This document shows, in pieces, positions 41,442 to 53,707 of a stretch of DNA of 64,000 bases. The translations under genes were made by a program, and so were the position numbers. Where the stretch lies: assembly GCA_051252375.1 (NCBI GenBank), contig JBPOFY010000005.1, positions 128,001 to 192,000 on the forward strand. The letters are read 5' to 3'. The DNA comes from Opitutaceae bacterium. Lineage in GTDB: Bacteria; Verrucomicrobiota; Verrucomicrobiia; Opitutales; Coraliomargaritaceae. The number at the start of each line of letters is the position of its first letter. Position 1 is the stretch's first letter. The notes under the pieces were generated by a model. The model did no database searches and was not told the origin of the DNA. It saw nothing but the letters and a program-made list of their open reading frames with translations.

Positions 41442-42013
41442 GCACGAATTCGATCGTAAGTAATTTAAAGCGCTATCCGCTAGCGGTTAGCAGCGCTGTA
41501 TTGTTGATTATTTCTGTCGCTGTTATCTTTTTGCGTGGCGACGTATTGTTGGAATTAGAGGCAACAGAATCTGAACTGAACGGGCGCATTCGCACCATTG
41601 AGCAGAATATCATAAACTCAAATGGTTTAGATGCTGAAGTGGAACAACTCGAAGCTGAAGTGGTTTCGATAGATGGTCGATTATTTGATCGCAGTCAAAG
41701 TGCGGTGAATGCCAATTTCTTTTATGGATTCGAAAAAAAGGCCGACGTTCTCATCACTGGCGTGAATCAACTACAAGTTGATGATGCGATCTTATCAAAA
41801 GGTGGACCAAATGAGTTAAAGCTCTATACGGCCTTGGTGTATGAAATTGGTTGCGAAGGTGGCTTTAGCCAAATTCTCAGTTTCCTTTTTCAATTACATG
41901 CTGCGAATCCATTGATCCGTGTCGCAGACTTTCAAATCTCAGAGGGCAGCAAGGCGGCTCCAGGTGCATTGACTGCAAAATTGCGTGTCCTTGTTCTCGC
42001 TCGTCAGAATTGA
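41438..42013 (+). CDS. PilO/GspM-like bitopic membrane protein
   Basis: N-terminal TM, coiled coil, G.F..I..FL..L....IRV segment. Confidence 0.6.
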   Translation: MSTNSIVSNLKRYPLAVSSAVLLIISVAVIFLRGDVLLELEATESELNGRIRTIEQNIINSNGLDAEVEQLEAEVVSIDGRLFDRSQSAVNANFFYGFEKKADVLITGVNQLQVDDAILSKGGPNELKLYTALVYEIGCEGGFSQILSFLFQLHAANPLIRVADFQISEGSKAAPGALTAKLRVLVLARQN

Positions 42014-42025
42014 TATAACTACGCT

Positions 42026-42616
42026 ATGAACTCAAAATCACTTATCTATATCGCGTTGTTCTGTATACTGGGAACATGTGGTTACTCTGCAGAACCTAAA
42101 ATCAAGTTGTCTGGTCGTAAAGACATTGTCTTGAAGGCTGACGAACGGAGCACTGTTTTAGATGCGGCTGATCGATATCTCGGGCAGAAGGACGCGGCAT
42201 TTATTGGTCAGGTAAATGACTACGTGAACCCTTATGCTTTTAAGCAGGCTCCGGCAGCAAAAGTGGTCGTTGCGGTGGAGAATGTGACTTCAGATGAGCC
42301 AGAAGTTGTTGCCGCTACAGTCGTCTATGATGATGCCTCCGTATTGAAAGTGATCGCCTCAAACTTTTCGAAGCAAGTGCGTGGCACTTTAGCGAGAGGT
42401 TCGACTAACTACATTCAGCTGCAAGGGGGGAACTTGTTGAAACCAGGCACTAAATTTCCTGCGCGAATCGCAGAAGACTCAGATACACAATACAATGTGA
42501 TATTAACAGAAATCACCTCAGAAAATTATACCCTTAGCCTAGGTGACGCGACTCTCACTTTATCATACGATGAAGGGAAAAAGGGCAGCACCGGTGCAGT
42601 TCGATATGAGAACTAA
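42026..42616 (+). CDS. Exported protein, PilP-position
   Basis: Signal peptide; NPY/F motif; sits between pilO-like gene and secretin. Confidence 0.45.
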   Translation: MNSKSLIYIALFCILGTCGYSAEPKIKLSGRKDIVLKADERSTVLDAADRYLGQKDAAFIGQVNDYVNPYAFKQAPAAKVVVAVENVTSDEPEVVAATVVYDDASVLKVIASNFSKQVRGTLARGSTNYIQLQGGNLLKPGTKFPARIAEDSDTQYNVILTEITSENYTLSLGDATLTLSYDEGKKGSTGAVRYEN

Positions 42617-42693
42617 TCGTCCTTTAAACGAAACACTTTCAAAAAAACCAATAACCATTGAATCTCTCAAGCAAAACTCAAACCAACCGTCCT

Positions 42694-44601
42694 ATGAATA
42701 AGCAATCAATATTCTTCCTCTCAATGCTTCTTACGCCTTTTGCTCTTTGGGCTCAGACGGACGTGGCACCCACTGCTGAAATCGACTTGTCGGATGTCGT
42801 TGTTATCGATGACAATGTTTCCGCCAAGCCCGAAGCTGTTGTAACTGTAGAACCTACGTCGAACCCCGCACCGACGGTGGTTGAGATTCCTGACACGCCC
42901 GTTGATGGAGCTAGTATCGATGTAGCGATGCCTGATATTCCCGTCGTGACAGAGGCCATGCCTGGCGAGACAGAAGTCGTGCTTGAGATACCCGGTCAAG
43001 AAGAGGCTGGCGGCACGGCAGTCATGTCAGCCGAAGAGACCATCTCTGTGGATTTCCCAGATGAAGATGTTCGCACCATCCTACGTAACGTAGCCGATCT
43101 GTTTGACCTCAATTTGGTCATTCCTGAGACGCTTCAAGGTCGCACTTCTCTGAAGTTGAGCAACATTACATGGCGTCAGGTATTTGAAGTGGTCTTGGAG
43201 CAACAGGGCTTCACATACGTTGAAGACCGCAACATCATTCGCATCAAAAGCCTCGAAGAGTTGACTGCTGAGCCGGTCGACACACGCGTTTTCATTGTTA
43301 ACTATGCACGCGCAGAAGAATTACAGGGCTCCGTAGCTCCCTTGGTTGATAACGCAGCTGGCGGTCGCATACAGGTCGATATCCGTAGCAATGCATTGGT
43401 GATTACTGAGCGTCCATCACGCATGAATAAAATCCAAGAAATTATCGAGCGTCTCGATAAAGCAACGGATCAAGTGATGATTGAATCAAAATTTATCGAG
43501 ATCACGAATACTGACGTGAAGAATATCGGCGTCAACTGGGCTTCATTAAGCGGTTACGGTGTGTCAGCAGGTCCGTTCCAACGTGAATGGAGTCGCAGTC
43601 GCACGAGTGGCTCGAATGGCTCAGGTAGCGACGGTTCTACCGCCAACGCGTCAACGAATACTAGCAGCGGTTCGGTCGATGCGATTCAAGACCCATTGGT
43701 CATTTCTAATACTGAGGACGTAACTTCGACTTTCTCTTCTTTAGCGAATGTGGCATCCTCTGCCGCGACTGGTCGTTTGGATACGGCGTTCTTTTCTGCG
43801 GATGAGTTTGGTGTTATTTTGAGCGCATTAGGCACTCAGGATGACGTGAAGCTCGTCTCCAACCCGACTGTGGTGACACTGAATAACACCAAAGCGAAGA
43901 TTTCGATTGGTGAGCGTTATCCGATTCCAAGCTACACTTTCAACGCCGAGACTGGGCAACGCCAACTCGATGAAATTGAGTATGAAGACATCGGTATCAA
44001 TCTCGACGTCACCCCTCAAGTGAACAGCGCTGGATTTATCAACCTCCAGATCATTCCTGAGGTTTCCAGCACAGATCGTTTCGCGATTGTTGAAAACACT
44101 GAAATTCCAATTATCGAAAGCCGTCGCACCGAGACAACCATCATGATTAAGGATGGTTTCACACTAGCGATTGGTGGTTTGGTTGAAAATTCGGTCACAA
44201 ATCGTGATACGAAAGTGCCATTGCTTGGCGACCTACCTGGTATCGGTCGTCTCTTCAGTAGTAAATCCGACAGCATTGAACAGCGTAATTTGATCATCTT
44301 CATCACTGCGAAAACACTCAACCCAGATGGTAGCACTTACAAGGATGTGATTGATCCACGTGTGATCGATCGCATGGGCATCGTTCCAAGTGAGCTGCCT
44401 GGCTATGAATTGAATCAAGAAGAAAAAGATGCTTTGAAGACCCTCGAAAACTACCGTATAGAGGCGAAAAATCAGGAAGAAATGGGTGAGCGCACAGCGC
44501 GCATCGAGGCGCTTGAACTAGAGAAGCGACAAGCGGAAATGGCTCTGGAATATGAGAAGATGCAGGAGTCCGAAGCTTCGAAAAAATCAACTGGTCAATA
44601 G
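42694..44601 (+). CDS. Secretin (PilQ/GspD family)
   Basis: D.RSNALVIT, QVMIE.KF.E, TLAIGGL, KVPLLGDLP.IG.LF; start at ATG 42694. Confidence 0.95.
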   Translation: MNKQSIFFLSMLLTPFALWAQTDVAPTAEIDLSDVVVIDDNVSAKPEAVVTVEPTSNPAPTVVEIPDTPVDGASIDVAMPDIPVVTEAMPGETEVVLEIPGQEEAGGTAVMSAEETISVDFPDEDVRTILRNVADLFDLNLVIPETLQGRTSLKLSNITWRQVFEVVLEQQGFTYVEDRNIIRIKSLEELTAEPVDTRVFIVNYARAEELQGSVAPLVDNAAGGRIQVDIRSNALVITERPSRMNKIQEIIERLDKATDQVMIESKFIEITNTDVKNIGVNWASLSGYGVSAGPFQREWSRSRTSGSNGSGSDGSTANASTNTSSGSVDAIQDPLVISNTEDVTSTFSSLANVASSAATGRLDTAFFSADEFGVILSALGTQDDVKLVSNPTVVTLNNTKAKISIGERYPIPSYTFNAETGQRQLDEIEYEDIGINLDVTPQVNSAGFINLQIIPEVSSTDRFAIVENTEIPIIESRRTETTIMIKDGFTLAIGGLVENSVTNRDTKVPLLGDLPGIGRLFSSKSDSIEQRNLIIFITAKTLNPDGSTYKDVIDPRVIDRMGIVPSELPGYELNQEEKDALKTLENYRIEAKNQEEMGERTARIEALELEKRQAEMALEYEKMQESEASKKSTGQ

Positions 44602-44648
44602 TCCACTGACTCGCCCAACCCCTATACAAAAGCCAACCAAGGAAAGTT

Positions 44649-47600
44649 ATGAAATTTAATTGGGTCAGAAATATTTTTACTCCCAAACGGTTACTGTTTG
44701 GGTTGCTACCGCTGCTTTGTTTACAAAGCGCGTCGTTCTCGGTCGATTTGGCTGTAGGGCAAAAGTTTGGAGGTTTAGTGGATGGTGCTCCAGGTGATTT
44801 GTTTACGTGGGGCGCGAATGCCTCCGGACAATTGGGGAATGATACCACAGTAGATGCGAATTCTCCAGTGATTCCGGCAGAGGCAGGTCCTTGGACAGCC
44901 ATTGCAACGAGTATCACGACTTCCACGAATTCCGGTTACGAAGGTCACACCCTAGCCGTTAAAGACAATGGCACTTTGTGGGCTTGGGGTGCGAATGCCG
45001 ACGGTCAACTCGGTGACGGCACCACAACTGATCGTCTTGTGCCGGTGCAAATTGGTAGTGCCACGAACTGGGTGGATGTTGAAGCCGGCGGTGGTTTTTC
45101 CATGGCTTTGAATGCACTCGGTGAAGTGTATGTTTGGGGTCAAAATAGCCTAGGGCAGCTCGGCGGTGCCAGTAGTTTGCCCAATGTGAAGACTCCAATC
45201 CTCTTGGACTCGAATGTCTATATTGCCATCGCAGCAGGTTATGAGCACGCCTTGGCGATTCGTTCCTATAGTGGTGCTCCCAGCTTCGGCTACGGCAACA
45301 TTTATGGATGGGGGCAGAACTATCATGGTCAGCTTGGTTTAGGGCATGATGATCCAGTGACTGGTATTCAAAAAATGGGCACCGGACTCTGGAAATACGT
45401 TGAAGCTGGCGTTCACAGTTCCTTCGCGATTTCGACAACGAGTTCAGCAGTTCACTCATGGGGTAAAGGCGAATTTGGTAGCCTCGGGTTAGGAATGACC
45501 GGACCAACAGTAATCAATGAATCTGAAAGTCCGTTACCAGTCTTGATGCAAACAGGGTCGAATTCGGCATGGACTGCGGTATCTGCAGGTGCCGCACAAA
45601 CCTTGCTTCTTAAATCGAACGGCACTGTTTATGGAGCTGGCTACGGACCTTATGTAGGTCTTGGCGTTGGCAGCTATTCAGAGTTCAAATACATCGCTCT
45701 GCCTTCGCTTGCAGTTGCGGTCGGTGCGGGTAATACCTTTTCGGCTGTGGTCTTGGACGATGGTAAAATGCTGACTTCGGGTAGCAATGATCGTGGTCAG
45801 TTAGCCAATGGCACAACTGGTGGTAGTTCCTCGACTTTCGCCAACTCACTTCTTGGTCAACCCGACTTGGAAGTGACTGACGTGACGATTTCAACGCTCG
45901 ATCCCACTCCAGGTTCTACAATGGAGGGCACCATCTTTTTGGCCAATAATGGCAGTGGTGAAGTTCCAGCTGGCTACGACCTTGAAGCTGTCTTGAGCCC
46001 CAGCACAGATTTTGATGATGCCGATGCGATACCTCTGGTTTTCACAGGTGTGGGTTCGGCTTTGACCATTACGGACGTTTTAGCACCAGGGGCTTCTGAC
46101 TCTGTGGCATTTGAAGTAGATCTAGACCCTATTATCCCCGCGGGCACATACTATATGATTGTCCGAGCCGATTCGGCAGGTGTAATCGAAGAATCCACCA
46201 CGGATAATAATACAAAAGAGTCGAGCTCCACCATTGATTTTACAGCAGACCTGATCATCGATTCGATCACTGTCAGTGCCGATGATCCTGGAACTGGTGC
46301 AGTGGAAACTTTTCCGCTAAGCCCAGGTAGTGCGGTTCAGATCGTGGTCGTCATAGAAAATCAGGGTAAAGGCTCGATTCCTGCCGGAGTCACCGATGCC
46401 TTTGACTTCCGACTTTTCCTTTCCACGACACAGAATGTGGATGCACTCGGTGCTGTTGATTTAGTCACCGACTTGGAAATCACAGATGGAGTCGCAGGTA
46501 ATGGTGGCACAGTGACTCTGACTTATACAGGAGTCGATGCATTGACGCTGCCTATCAACTTATCGATCGGCGACTATTTTGTCGGCGCAGTGGTTGATGT
46601 GAACGAAGACATCGATGAAGGAGACGAATTGAATAACTCTCTGTTCACCGCGACTGCAATTGTTGAGGTGAGTGGTATTGAGCTCGAAGAAGCACTCGAT
46701 ACGGTGCTCTTTACCGATCCGATTGATTTTGTATTTGTAACCAGTAGCGATCCGATTGGCTTGCAAACATGGTTCGGTCAAGACGTGGAAACCTTTGATT
46801 CAGTGGATGCTGCAAAGAGCCCGCTCTTGTCAGCGGGGCAGACTGCCACATTTGCTCAAGATGGTTTTACTGACATTGCGGTGAAAGTAACATTCCGCTG
46901 GAAAGCGGTCACTTCCAGCCCTGAGAACTACCTTTTCTTCGGTATCAATGGACAGGAGATTGATGCGACCAATAGTCGTATTGCTGGCAATCAAGATTGG
47001 ACTGAGGTCACGCACATCGTGCCACCCAATTCGCAATTGACCTGGACATACGTCCAAGGCGTAGCAGGCGAGGGTGATGCCGTTTATATTGATACGATTT
47101 CAGTCGTTGAACTGACTGAGCCCGATTTGATCGTCAACACCGTCTCCGGCGAAGAGGGCACTTATGTGCTTGGTTCGGATGATCTGACGATGAGTATTTT
47201 GACTTATAATCAAGGTGCCGACACGAGCGTCTCTTCAGGGATTCCTTTTGAAATTGGCGTGTATCTCTCACTCGATGCGGCCTTCAACCCCGGGGCAGAT
47301 ATCTTGATCGAGTCACTTTCGATCAACCAAGTCTTTCTGGGCGGTGATTCTTCCCTCTACATTCCTAATATCACATTATCCGAAACTATACCTGCGGATA
47401 ATTATTACCTGATCGTTGTCGTGGACAAGGATGACACCGTGGCGGAAGAGCCGGGTGGAGGTGAAGATAACAATGTCTATGTGTCGGAAACTGCTAGTAT
47501 CGAAATCTTGGCACTGCCCGATATCCGCGTATCACAATTGCAACCTACGATTGGTTACTATCAGGTCGGCGAAGAATTGGACTTCAGCTTTGCGATCACC

Positions 47601-50600
47601 AACGAAGGTCTGGGTAATGTAAATGACCCCTTCGATATTCAAGTCGTGCTTTCGAGTGATAGCGTTGCCGATACTGGTGACTACTCCATTACCGAGTTTG
47701 AGCGTAACATCGCGCTACCTGTCGGTGCTGTGCAGTCGATCACTCCTGACTTCTATCAAATTCCAATCGACGTCCCATTAGGGCAACGCCTCTACTTCGG
47801 AGTTATTGTGGATGCTGGAGACGCGATCGAAGAAGAAAATGAGTCGAACAATAACACGACATATCCCGGCCGTAACTTCATCTTCAGTGAACTGTCAGTC
47901 GAGGAAGGTTTTGAACTGACAGGCATTGCCGACGTAGATCCTTTTGTTGCACCATTTGATGGAGATCTGCCTTGGTATGGTCAGACCGCCATCAATATCG
48001 ATAACGAAGATGCGATTGCCAGTATCGATATCGAAAATGGTGAAACCGCCGCATTCAATATCACGATCAATGCGACCACGGATACTTTCGTCACTTTCCA
48101 ATGGAAGGTAAGTTCCGAGAACGAGCCAGATCTAGGGCGTGTCGATTCTCTGAATTTCTATGTCGATGATATGACGAATCCGGTAAAAACAATTGCTGGA
48201 GAGATTGATTGGAGACGTGTGAGTGTCTTTGTCACCGCCGGAACACACGAACTGCGTTGGGCTTATGAGAAAGATGCACAGGGCAGTGCCGGAGCCGACC
48301 GTGGCTGGCTGGATTTATTCAGCTTCGAGGTGCCAGATCTCACCGTGGATCCGATCAACTTTACAGCTGGAACTTTCGTGCCTGGTTCTACAATTACAGA
48401 CTTTGCGTTTGATGTGACGAATACAGGTGTCGCCAATGTCCCTCAAAGTCCTCCGTTCACGATCTCTATCATTGCGTCGCCTGATACCACTTTCGGTAAT
48501 GCGGGCGATAATGTGCTCGCTACGATTATCGACAGCGATGGTCTCCTTGCGACTGAATCCAGAGCATACCTCACAGATTTGGTCCTCCCAGCTTCTCTGC
48601 CAGAGGGTGACTATTATATTGGTATTAAAGTCGATGCAGCGGAACTCATTCCTGAGTCCAGCGAGCTGAATAATACGAGTTTCTCGAGTGCCACTGTGCT
48701 TTCAATTGTTCCACCGATCTCGTTGAACGCAGCGATTGACGATCCCGATGCGGATACGGTTGCCGAGCTTCCGCTCACAATCGGCGGGGAGCAAGGTTGG
48801 TTCGCTTTGGCAGATGCACCACTGGAAGATGGTAGTTTTACGACTTCCGATGGCGTCGATGCTGCTCAGTCCGGACCGATCGCATCGGGCGAAGAGTCTT
48901 ACTTCCAGACCATTATTCAAGGTCCGAAGGAATTGAAGTTCCGCTGGAAAATTGATTCCACTCTAAGCTCGAACTTCGTGAAGTTCACGATGAATGATTT
49001 GGTCATCAATCAAATCTCAGGGAAAGTGGATTGGGACTTTGGTTTCGGTAGCTTCACTTTGACATATAATGGTGAAACCACAGATCAAATCGTATCGGGT
49101 GCAACGGCTGCCGATATGGAAGCCGCACTGAATGCATTGTCTTCAATCACCAGTGCTGGTGGTGTGACAGTCACTAGCACCGGGCTGCTTGACTATGAAA
49201 TCACCTTTGTCGCCACTGGAAATAAGAATCCGATTTTCTTCACGGCGATCAGCCCGTTGAAAGTGGCTTCGTCTTCTGTTGTGACGACCATTAATGGCAC
49301 CACTGGAACGAATGAGGTGCAGACCATCGCGATTGTGCCAAACGTGACCTTCCGTCTGAATTATAGCGGGGTGAATACTGCTCCGCTTCCTTACACCGCT
49401 TCAGCTGTAGATGTGCAAATGGCGATCAATGCTCTCAGCAGCATCGTTGCCGAGACCACATCGGTCACGGTTACAGGTTCAGATCTCGACTTTGAAATCA
49501 CTTTCGATGACCCCGGTCTTCGTGAGGCAATCACCGTCGACATCTCAGGGCTCGGTCAACCGGGAACGATTGACGATGAGGTCACTACACTCGGTGACGG
49601 TGGCACCCCACAAGTTCAAGAATTGCGGGTTGGTCCTGAAATCACAGTGTTCATTCCTGCTGGCACGCAAGAGTTGCGTTGGACTTATGCGAAGAACACC
49701 ACAGGTGAGGGCACGATTGATGCCGCTTGGGTGGATCAAGTTGAGTTCACTGATGTGACGGTTCCTGATCTGGCTCTGACCGGTGTTAACTATACTCCAG
49801 GTGAATATATCTTAGATATCATCGGTATCGCTGGTGCGCCGGAACAATTCCTCGGCACCGAGTATCTCGATGTCACTGTTGAAGCAGAAAACCAAGGGGT
49901 TGATTATGCAGGTCCTGCGTTCTCGACTGCTGACCTTGAAGTGCGTCTCTCAACCGACCGCATCTATGGTAATGGCGACGATATTGTCCTCGGCACAGTC
50001 AGCCAAGTAGAGGGCACATTGGAAGCTGGTGACTTGATGCGATTCCTTGGACCAATTCAATTGGGAGATTCTGTTCCAGAAGACTTCTACTATCTCATGG
50101 CTCGCGTGGATACCAACGAGCAAGTCGAAGAGTATGACGAAGACAACAATACTTGGATCGGCGAAAACCGTGATATTCAAATCACGCGCTTACCTGCGCT
50201 ACGTATCTATAACCCAGATGCAGATGTTCTTGTTGAGGGCACCGATGGTGAGTTCAACTTCCTTGATCCGAGAGAGGGTGTCGATGTCGCCTTTGATGTC
50301 GATGAAGGCATGAATTACTACACTGAGACGCCGATGCGTTTGCGCTTTAGCATTCAGAATATCGGTCTTGATCGTATCGAAGGTAATGAAGTCTGGTCCA
50401 CCCAAGTGACCTTGCGTGGCGGTTTGCGTGAAGACATTGATGATGCAATATTGGATCCTTCGGAAATTATAGATGTGATGGACATCACGATCGACCTAGG
50501 TGACTTCACTATTCAAGAACTGATGGAAGGTCGTAGCGAGGCGAAGCCTGATGGTGACATCATTGATATTGATATTGAGTTGGCACTACCGAACGGTGGT

Positions 50601-51353
50601 AAGTTCAATGATGTGATCGCGAATGGTAAGTCTATTGTAGATTACCTTTGGATTATCCAAATTGATTTGGATTCAAATGATGAGGTCGATGAGTCGCAAA
50701 TCATACGCGAAAGCCCAACGTTGGCAGTGCCTTCCGGTCTGCCTTGGTGGATTATCAATCTCGGTGAAGCGTTTTCCGCAGACGTGATGACTACTTACAA
50801 TACCGATGCCAACGAAGGTCTATTTGGCATCCATTCGCAACCAGAGACGTTCACATATGGCGACTGGCAGACACTATACGGTGTCGCCGCGAGCACAGAA
50901 AACCTCTTCGCTTATGCCTTTAACCGTAATCCAAGTGATTCGGATACTGCTGCCAGCCAATTCCCTGGCACCTATGGCATCACTGAGGTCGAAGGTGAAG
51001 AATACTTGAGTATCGCTTTCGATATTGTGACACGTGCGACGGATCTAGTTTATCTGGTTCAAGCTTCAGGCGATGCTACTTTCCCTGGGACTCCAGATAC
51101 GCTTCTTGTGATCAATGCGCCATTCGATGAATTGGTTGGTCCAGCTTCGCTTACAGGTGATGGTGGTTTGATCGAAGGTTATATCGATGGTCCTGGTGGT
51201 GACCCTGAAGTGGATAATGTGCTCAGTGTGATCGACCAAGGTTACTCGGCTCGTGTCACGGTGCAGGATGTTGTAGCAGTCGATAGTGCGCCGATGCGCT
51301 TTATTCGAGTGGTGGTGAATGCCGATGACACCGATCCAGTTCCTGATCCTTAA
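44649..51353 (+). CDS. Giant acidic surface protein: RCC1 beta-propeller, CARDB-like repeats, Verrucomicrobia-type C-terminal domain
   Basis: WG.N..GQLG repeats; PDL.V...N.G...G.YY....D..E..E.NN repeats; signal peptide. Confidence 0.85.
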   Translation: MKFNWVRNIFTPKRLLFGLLPLLCLQSASFSVDLAVGQKFGGLVDGAPGDLFTWGANASGQLGNDTTVDANSPVIPAEAGPWTAIATSITTSTNSGYEGHTLAVKDNGTLWAWGANADGQLGDGTTTDRLVPVQIGSATNWVDVEAGGGFSMALNALGEVYVWGQNSLGQLGGASSLPNVKTPILLDSNVYIAIAAGYEHALAIRSYSGAPSFGYGNIYGWGQNYHGQLGLGHDDPVTGIQKMGTGLWKYVEAGVHSSFAISTTSSAVHSWGKGEFGSLGLGMTGPTVINESESPLPVLMQTGSNSAWTAVSAGAAQTLLLKSNGTVYGAGYGPYVGLGVGSYSEFKYIALPSLAVAVGAGNTFSAVVLDDGKMLTSGSNDRGQLANGTTGGSSSTFANSLLGQPDLEVTDVTISTLDPTPGSTMEGTIFLANNGSGEVPAGYDLEAVLSPSTDFDDADAIPLVFTGVGSALTITDVLAPGASDSVAFEVDLDPIIPAGTYYMIVRADSAGVIEESTTDNNTKESSSTIDFTADLIIDSITVSADDPGTGAVETFPLSPGSAVQIVVVIENQGKGSIPAGVTDAFDFRLFLSTTQNVDALGAVDLVTDLEITDGVAGNGGTVTLTYTGVDALTLPINLSIGDYFVGAVVDVNEDIDEGDELNNSLFTATAIVEVSGIELEEALDTVLFTDPIDFVFVTSSDPIGLQTWFGQDVETFDSVDAAKSPLLSAGQTATFAQDGFTDIAVKVTFRWKAVTSSPENYLFFGINGQEIDATNSRIAGNQDWTEVTHIVPPNSQLTWTYVQGVAGEGDAVYIDTISVVELTEPDLIVNTVSGEEGTYVLGSDDLTMSILTYNQGADTSVSSGIPFEIGVYLSLDAAFNPGADILIESLSINQVFLGGDSSLYIPNITLSETIPADNYYLIVVVDKDDTVAEEPGGGEDNNVYVSETASIEILALPDIRVSQLQPTIGYYQVGEELDFSFAITNEGLGNVNDPFDIQVVLSSDSVADTGDYSITEFERNIALPVGAVQSITPDFYQIPIDVPLGQRLYFGVIVDAGDAIEEENESNNNTTYPGRNFIFSELSVEEGFELTGIADVDPFVAPFDGDLPWYGQTAINIDNEDAIASIDIENGETAAFNITINATTDTFVTFQWKVSSENEPDLGRVDSLNFYVDDMTNPVKTIAGEIDWRRVSVFVTAGTHELRWAYEKDAQGSAGADRGWLDLFSFEVPDLTVDPINFTAGTFVPGSTITDFAFDVTNTGVANVPQSPPFTISIIASPDTTFGNAGDNVLATIIDSDGLLATESRAYLTDLVLPASLPEGDYYIGIKVDAAELIPESSELNNTSFSSATVLSIVPPISLNAAIDDPDADTVAELPLTIGGEQGWFALADAPLEDGSFTTSDGVDAAQSGPIASGEESYFQTIIQGPKELKFRWKIDSTLSSNFVKFTMNDLVINQISGKVDWDFGFGSFTLTYNGETTDQIVSGATAADMEAALNALSSITSAGGVTVTSTGLLDYEITFVATGNKNPIFFTAISPLKVASSSVVTTINGTTGTNEVQTIAIVPNVTFRLNYSGVNTAPLPYTASAVDVQMAINALSSIVAETTSVTVTGSDLDFEITFDDPGLREAITVDISGLGQPGTIDDEVTTLGDGGTPQVQELRVGPEITVFIPAGTQELRWTYAKNTTGEGTIDAAWVDQVEFTDVTVPDLALTGVNYTPGEYILDIIGIAGAPEQFLGTEYLDVTVEAENQGVDYAGPAFSTADLEVRLSTDRIYGNGDDIVLGTVSQVEGTLEAGDLMRFLGPIQLGDSVPEDFYYLMARVDTNEQVEEYDEDNNTWIGENRDIQITRLPALRIYNPDADVLVEGTDGEFNFLDPREGVDVAFDVDEGMNYYTETPMRLRFSIQNIGLDRIEGNEVWSTQVTLRGGLREDIDDAILDPSEIIDVMDITIDLGDFTIQELMEGRSEAKPDGDIIDIDIELALPNGGKFNDVIANGKSIVDYLWIIQIDLDSNDEVDESQIIRESPTLAVPSGLPWWIINLGEAFSADVMTTYNTDANEGLFGIHSQPETFTYGDWQTLYGVAASTENLFAYAFNRNPSDSDTAASQFPGTYGITEVEGEEYLSIAFDIVTRATDLVYLVQASGDATFPGTPDTLLVINAPFDELVGPASLTGDGGLIEGYIDGPGGDPEVDNVLSVIDQGYSARVTVQDVVAVDSAPMRFIRVVVNADDTDPVPDP

Positions 51354-51367
51354 TTCAATCGTTTTTC

Positions 51368-51403
51368 AAAGGCGCGGTTCCGAAAGGACCGCGCCTTTTT
51401 TTT
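51368..51403. terminator. Rho-independent terminator between convergent genes
   Basis: AAAGGCGCGGTTCC-GAAA-GGACCGCGCCTTTTTTTT. Confidence 0.88.
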
Positions 51404-51419
51404 GCGCTGCGATTTCAGC

Positions 51420-52490
51420 TTAGCGATAAAAGCCGCCGCCGAGGAGGGTCTCGCCGTCGTAGAGCGCGAGGACTTGTCCAGCCGCGAGGGCGCGCTGTGG
51501 TTCGTCGAAGACGACTTTTGCGCTGTCCGGTCCTGTGGGCGTATAGGTGATCTTTTGTGAAGGGTCGCGGTAGCGCGGGCGGGCTTCGATGCGGCATGGC
51601 TCAGTCAACTCACGGTTGACGAAGCTCTGCCCATAGACTTCGACTTCGTTGGTGAAGAGACCGGGCGCATCTGAATGGTCGAAGGCAACGATGAGCTCGT
51701 TGCGCTCTTTGTTGAAGCCAGTGACGACGTAGTATTCGTTGTCGGTATTGGAGGGCACGCCTATGCCACGGCGCTGCCCCATCGTGTAGCGGTGTAGGCC
51801 GCGGTGCCGCCCGAGCCATTTGCCCTCGGTGTTCACGATGTCGCCTGGCTGATCTTCGATATAGTGTTCGAGGAAGTTGTTGATATTCATGTCGCCGAGA
51901 AAGCAAATGCCTTGGCTGTCCCTCTTGGTCGCATTGGGCAGTGCGTGTTGCTCGGCGAGGGCGCGCACTTCGGGCTTTCTTAGCTCGCCGACAGGGAAGA
52001 GGGCGTTGCGGATTTGCTCCTGCCGCAAAAGCGCGAGGAAATAGGTTTGGTCTTTGTTGTCATCCAGCCCTGTCAATAGGTCTTGGCTGTCATCCGCATT
52101 GGTGCGTTTCCGGACGTAATGACCCGTCGCTATGGCATCAAAACCGTTTTTCAGCGCATAGTCTTGGAAGATGCCGAACTTCATCTCCCGGTTACACATG
52201 ATGTCGGGGTTCGGGGTGATGCCGTTTTTGTAGCCATCGACGAGGTAGTGCACCACGTGCTCGCGGTATTCATTCACTAGGTTGACGATTTCGTAATCGA
52301 TGCCGAGGTGTGCAGCCACCGCTCGGGAGTCTTCGATGTCTTGCTGCGCTGGGCAGTCCGCGAGGGGCATCTCCTCGTTCATCCATGTGCGGATGTAGGC
52401 TGCGGACACGTCATAGCCCTGGTCCTTCAATCGAAGGGCCGCGACGGCGCTATCCACGCCTCCGGAAAGGGCTACGAGTATCTTTTGCAT
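51420..52490 (-). CDS. mnmA: tRNA-specific 2-thiouridylase
   Basis: SGGVDS, TPNPD..CN, ATGHY, KDQTYFL, DSQGICF; start at ATG 52490. Confidence 0.97.
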   Translation of the reverse strand: MQKILVALSGGVDSAVAALRLKDQGYDVSAAYIRTWMNEEMPLADCPAQQDIEDSRAVAAHLGIDYEIVNLVNEYREHVVHYLVDGYKNGITPNPDIMCNREMKFGIFQDYALKNGFDAIATGHYVRKRTNADDSQDLLTGLDDNKDQTYFLALLRQEQIRNALFPVGELRKPEVRALAEQHALPNATKRDSQGICFLGDMNINNFLEHYIEDQPGDIVNTEGKWLGRHRGLHRYTMGQRRGIGVPSNTDNEYYVVTGFNKERNELIVAFDHSDAPGLFTNEVEVYGQSFVNRELTEPCRIEARPRYRDPSQKITYTPTGPDSAKVVFDEPQRALAAGQVLALYDGETLLGGGFYR

Positions 52491-52676
52491 GGGGATGACC
52501 AAAGTCGGGACGCGAGCATTCGTCAATACGAGGCTTCACTAGGATTCAGAATTCAGAGGACTGTTATTAAGAGTAGATTGGTGTGTATTAGTTCAAACTT
52601 CCCGACAAAAAGTTCATCTTCGCTTAGTGGGAAACGCCTGAACATAATCGAGGCTTAGGGGACGCAGTATAAATTC

Positions 52677-52772
52677 TGGAGGGAAACGCTCCGTCGTTTC
52701 CGAACGTATGACTTGCGGTTTGGTAATTTTAAGCGCCCCTTACGAACGGCAATGACGGAGCATTGCCCTCCA
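52677..52772. repeat. Inverted REP pair (TGGAG-foot, CTCCGT loop)
   Basis: TGGAG-GGAAACG-CTCCGT-CGTTTCC on plus and TGGAG-GGCAATG-CTCCGT-CATTGCC on minus. Confidence 0.82.
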
Positions 52773-52822
52773 AGTATCTTCTGGATCGATGCATGCTTTG
52801 TCTGTAAATCGGCTACTCCCCG

Positions 52823-52859
52823 ACAAAAAAGCGCGGTCCCCGACGGAACCACGCTTTGT
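52823..52859 (-). terminator. Terminator downstream of AsmA-like gene
   Basis: Minus strand AGCGTGGTTCC-GTCG-GGGACCGCGCTTTTTT. Confidence 0.75.
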
Positions 52860-52879
52860 CAGTTAAAATGTGTTGTCGT

Positions 52880-53662
52880 TTATTTGCCGAAGAGCCCTTT
52901 GATGCCTTCGCTTGCTTTGTTGACTGCGTCTCCGGCAGCGTCACCGACTTTTTCGATGCCACCTTCTTGTGCGGCTTTGAGCGCTGCGGCTCCACCGTCT
53001 TTCAATAGGTCGCCTGCACCAGCGATGGCGGGACCGATCGACTTGACGACTTCGGTGAGCACGAGGTCGAGGACTTGACCGATGCTTTGGCTGTTGTTGT
53101 CTTCGCCGATGTTATTCAACTCGATACGCGGGAGTGGCACGGTTTGCCCCATGCCGAGTACGCCGACGTAGATGGTGCCGTCTTCAATGATGAGCTGCTT
53201 GATCACTAGTTGCTTTTGGGCACCTGTGTCGGGCTCGTTTTCTTTGGGAGCGGAAGGGCCAGTGAACTTTTCGATGTTGGCTAAGAGATCCTTGATATTG
53301 GAAGAATTGAGTGTCTTCTCGTAGCTGATCTCTGGTTGCTTGATGTAGATGCGGTTGATCACGATCTTGTCGCTCATGATGGTGCTGGTATCGATATCGA
53401 TATCGATTTCACCGAGGGCAAAGATGTTTTCGCTCTTGTAGCCTGCTGGATTGCCGACGTTCAGACCTTTGAGTGTGCCACTTCCAGAGAGGACGGAGAT
53501 GCTGACCTTGTCGAGCGTGACGGGAGTTAGTGTGACATCTGGGCCGTAGGTTTCGACGCCATGCTTAATGCCCTTATTGATGCCGGAAGAGAGCAAGTAA
53601 TATACGGCGGCAGCTGCCACGACTGCGAGGAGAACTAGAATGAGGAATATCTTTTTTATCAT
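52880..53662 (-). CDS. AsmA-family / AsmA-like N-terminal protein
   Basis: N-terminal anchor; L.V.NP.G, I.I..P.I.YE...SN pattern. Confidence 0.65.
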   Translation of the reverse strand: MIKKIFLILVLLAVVAAAAVYYLLSSGINKGIKHGVETYGPDVTLTPVTLDKVSISVLSGSGTLKGLNVGNPAGYKSENIFALGEIDIDIDTSTIMSDKIVINRIYIKQPEISYEKTLNSSNIKDLLANIEKFTGPSAPKENEPDTGAQKQLVIKQLIIEDGTIYVGVLGMGQTVPLPRIELNNIGEDNNSQSIGQVLDLVLTEVVKSIGPAIAGAGDLLKDGGAAALKAAQEGGIEKVGDAAGDAVNKASEGIKGLFGK

Positions 53663-53707
53663 ATACGCGGTTGGTTAATTGATTGAACGTGGGGTAATGC
53701 TTAGGGC

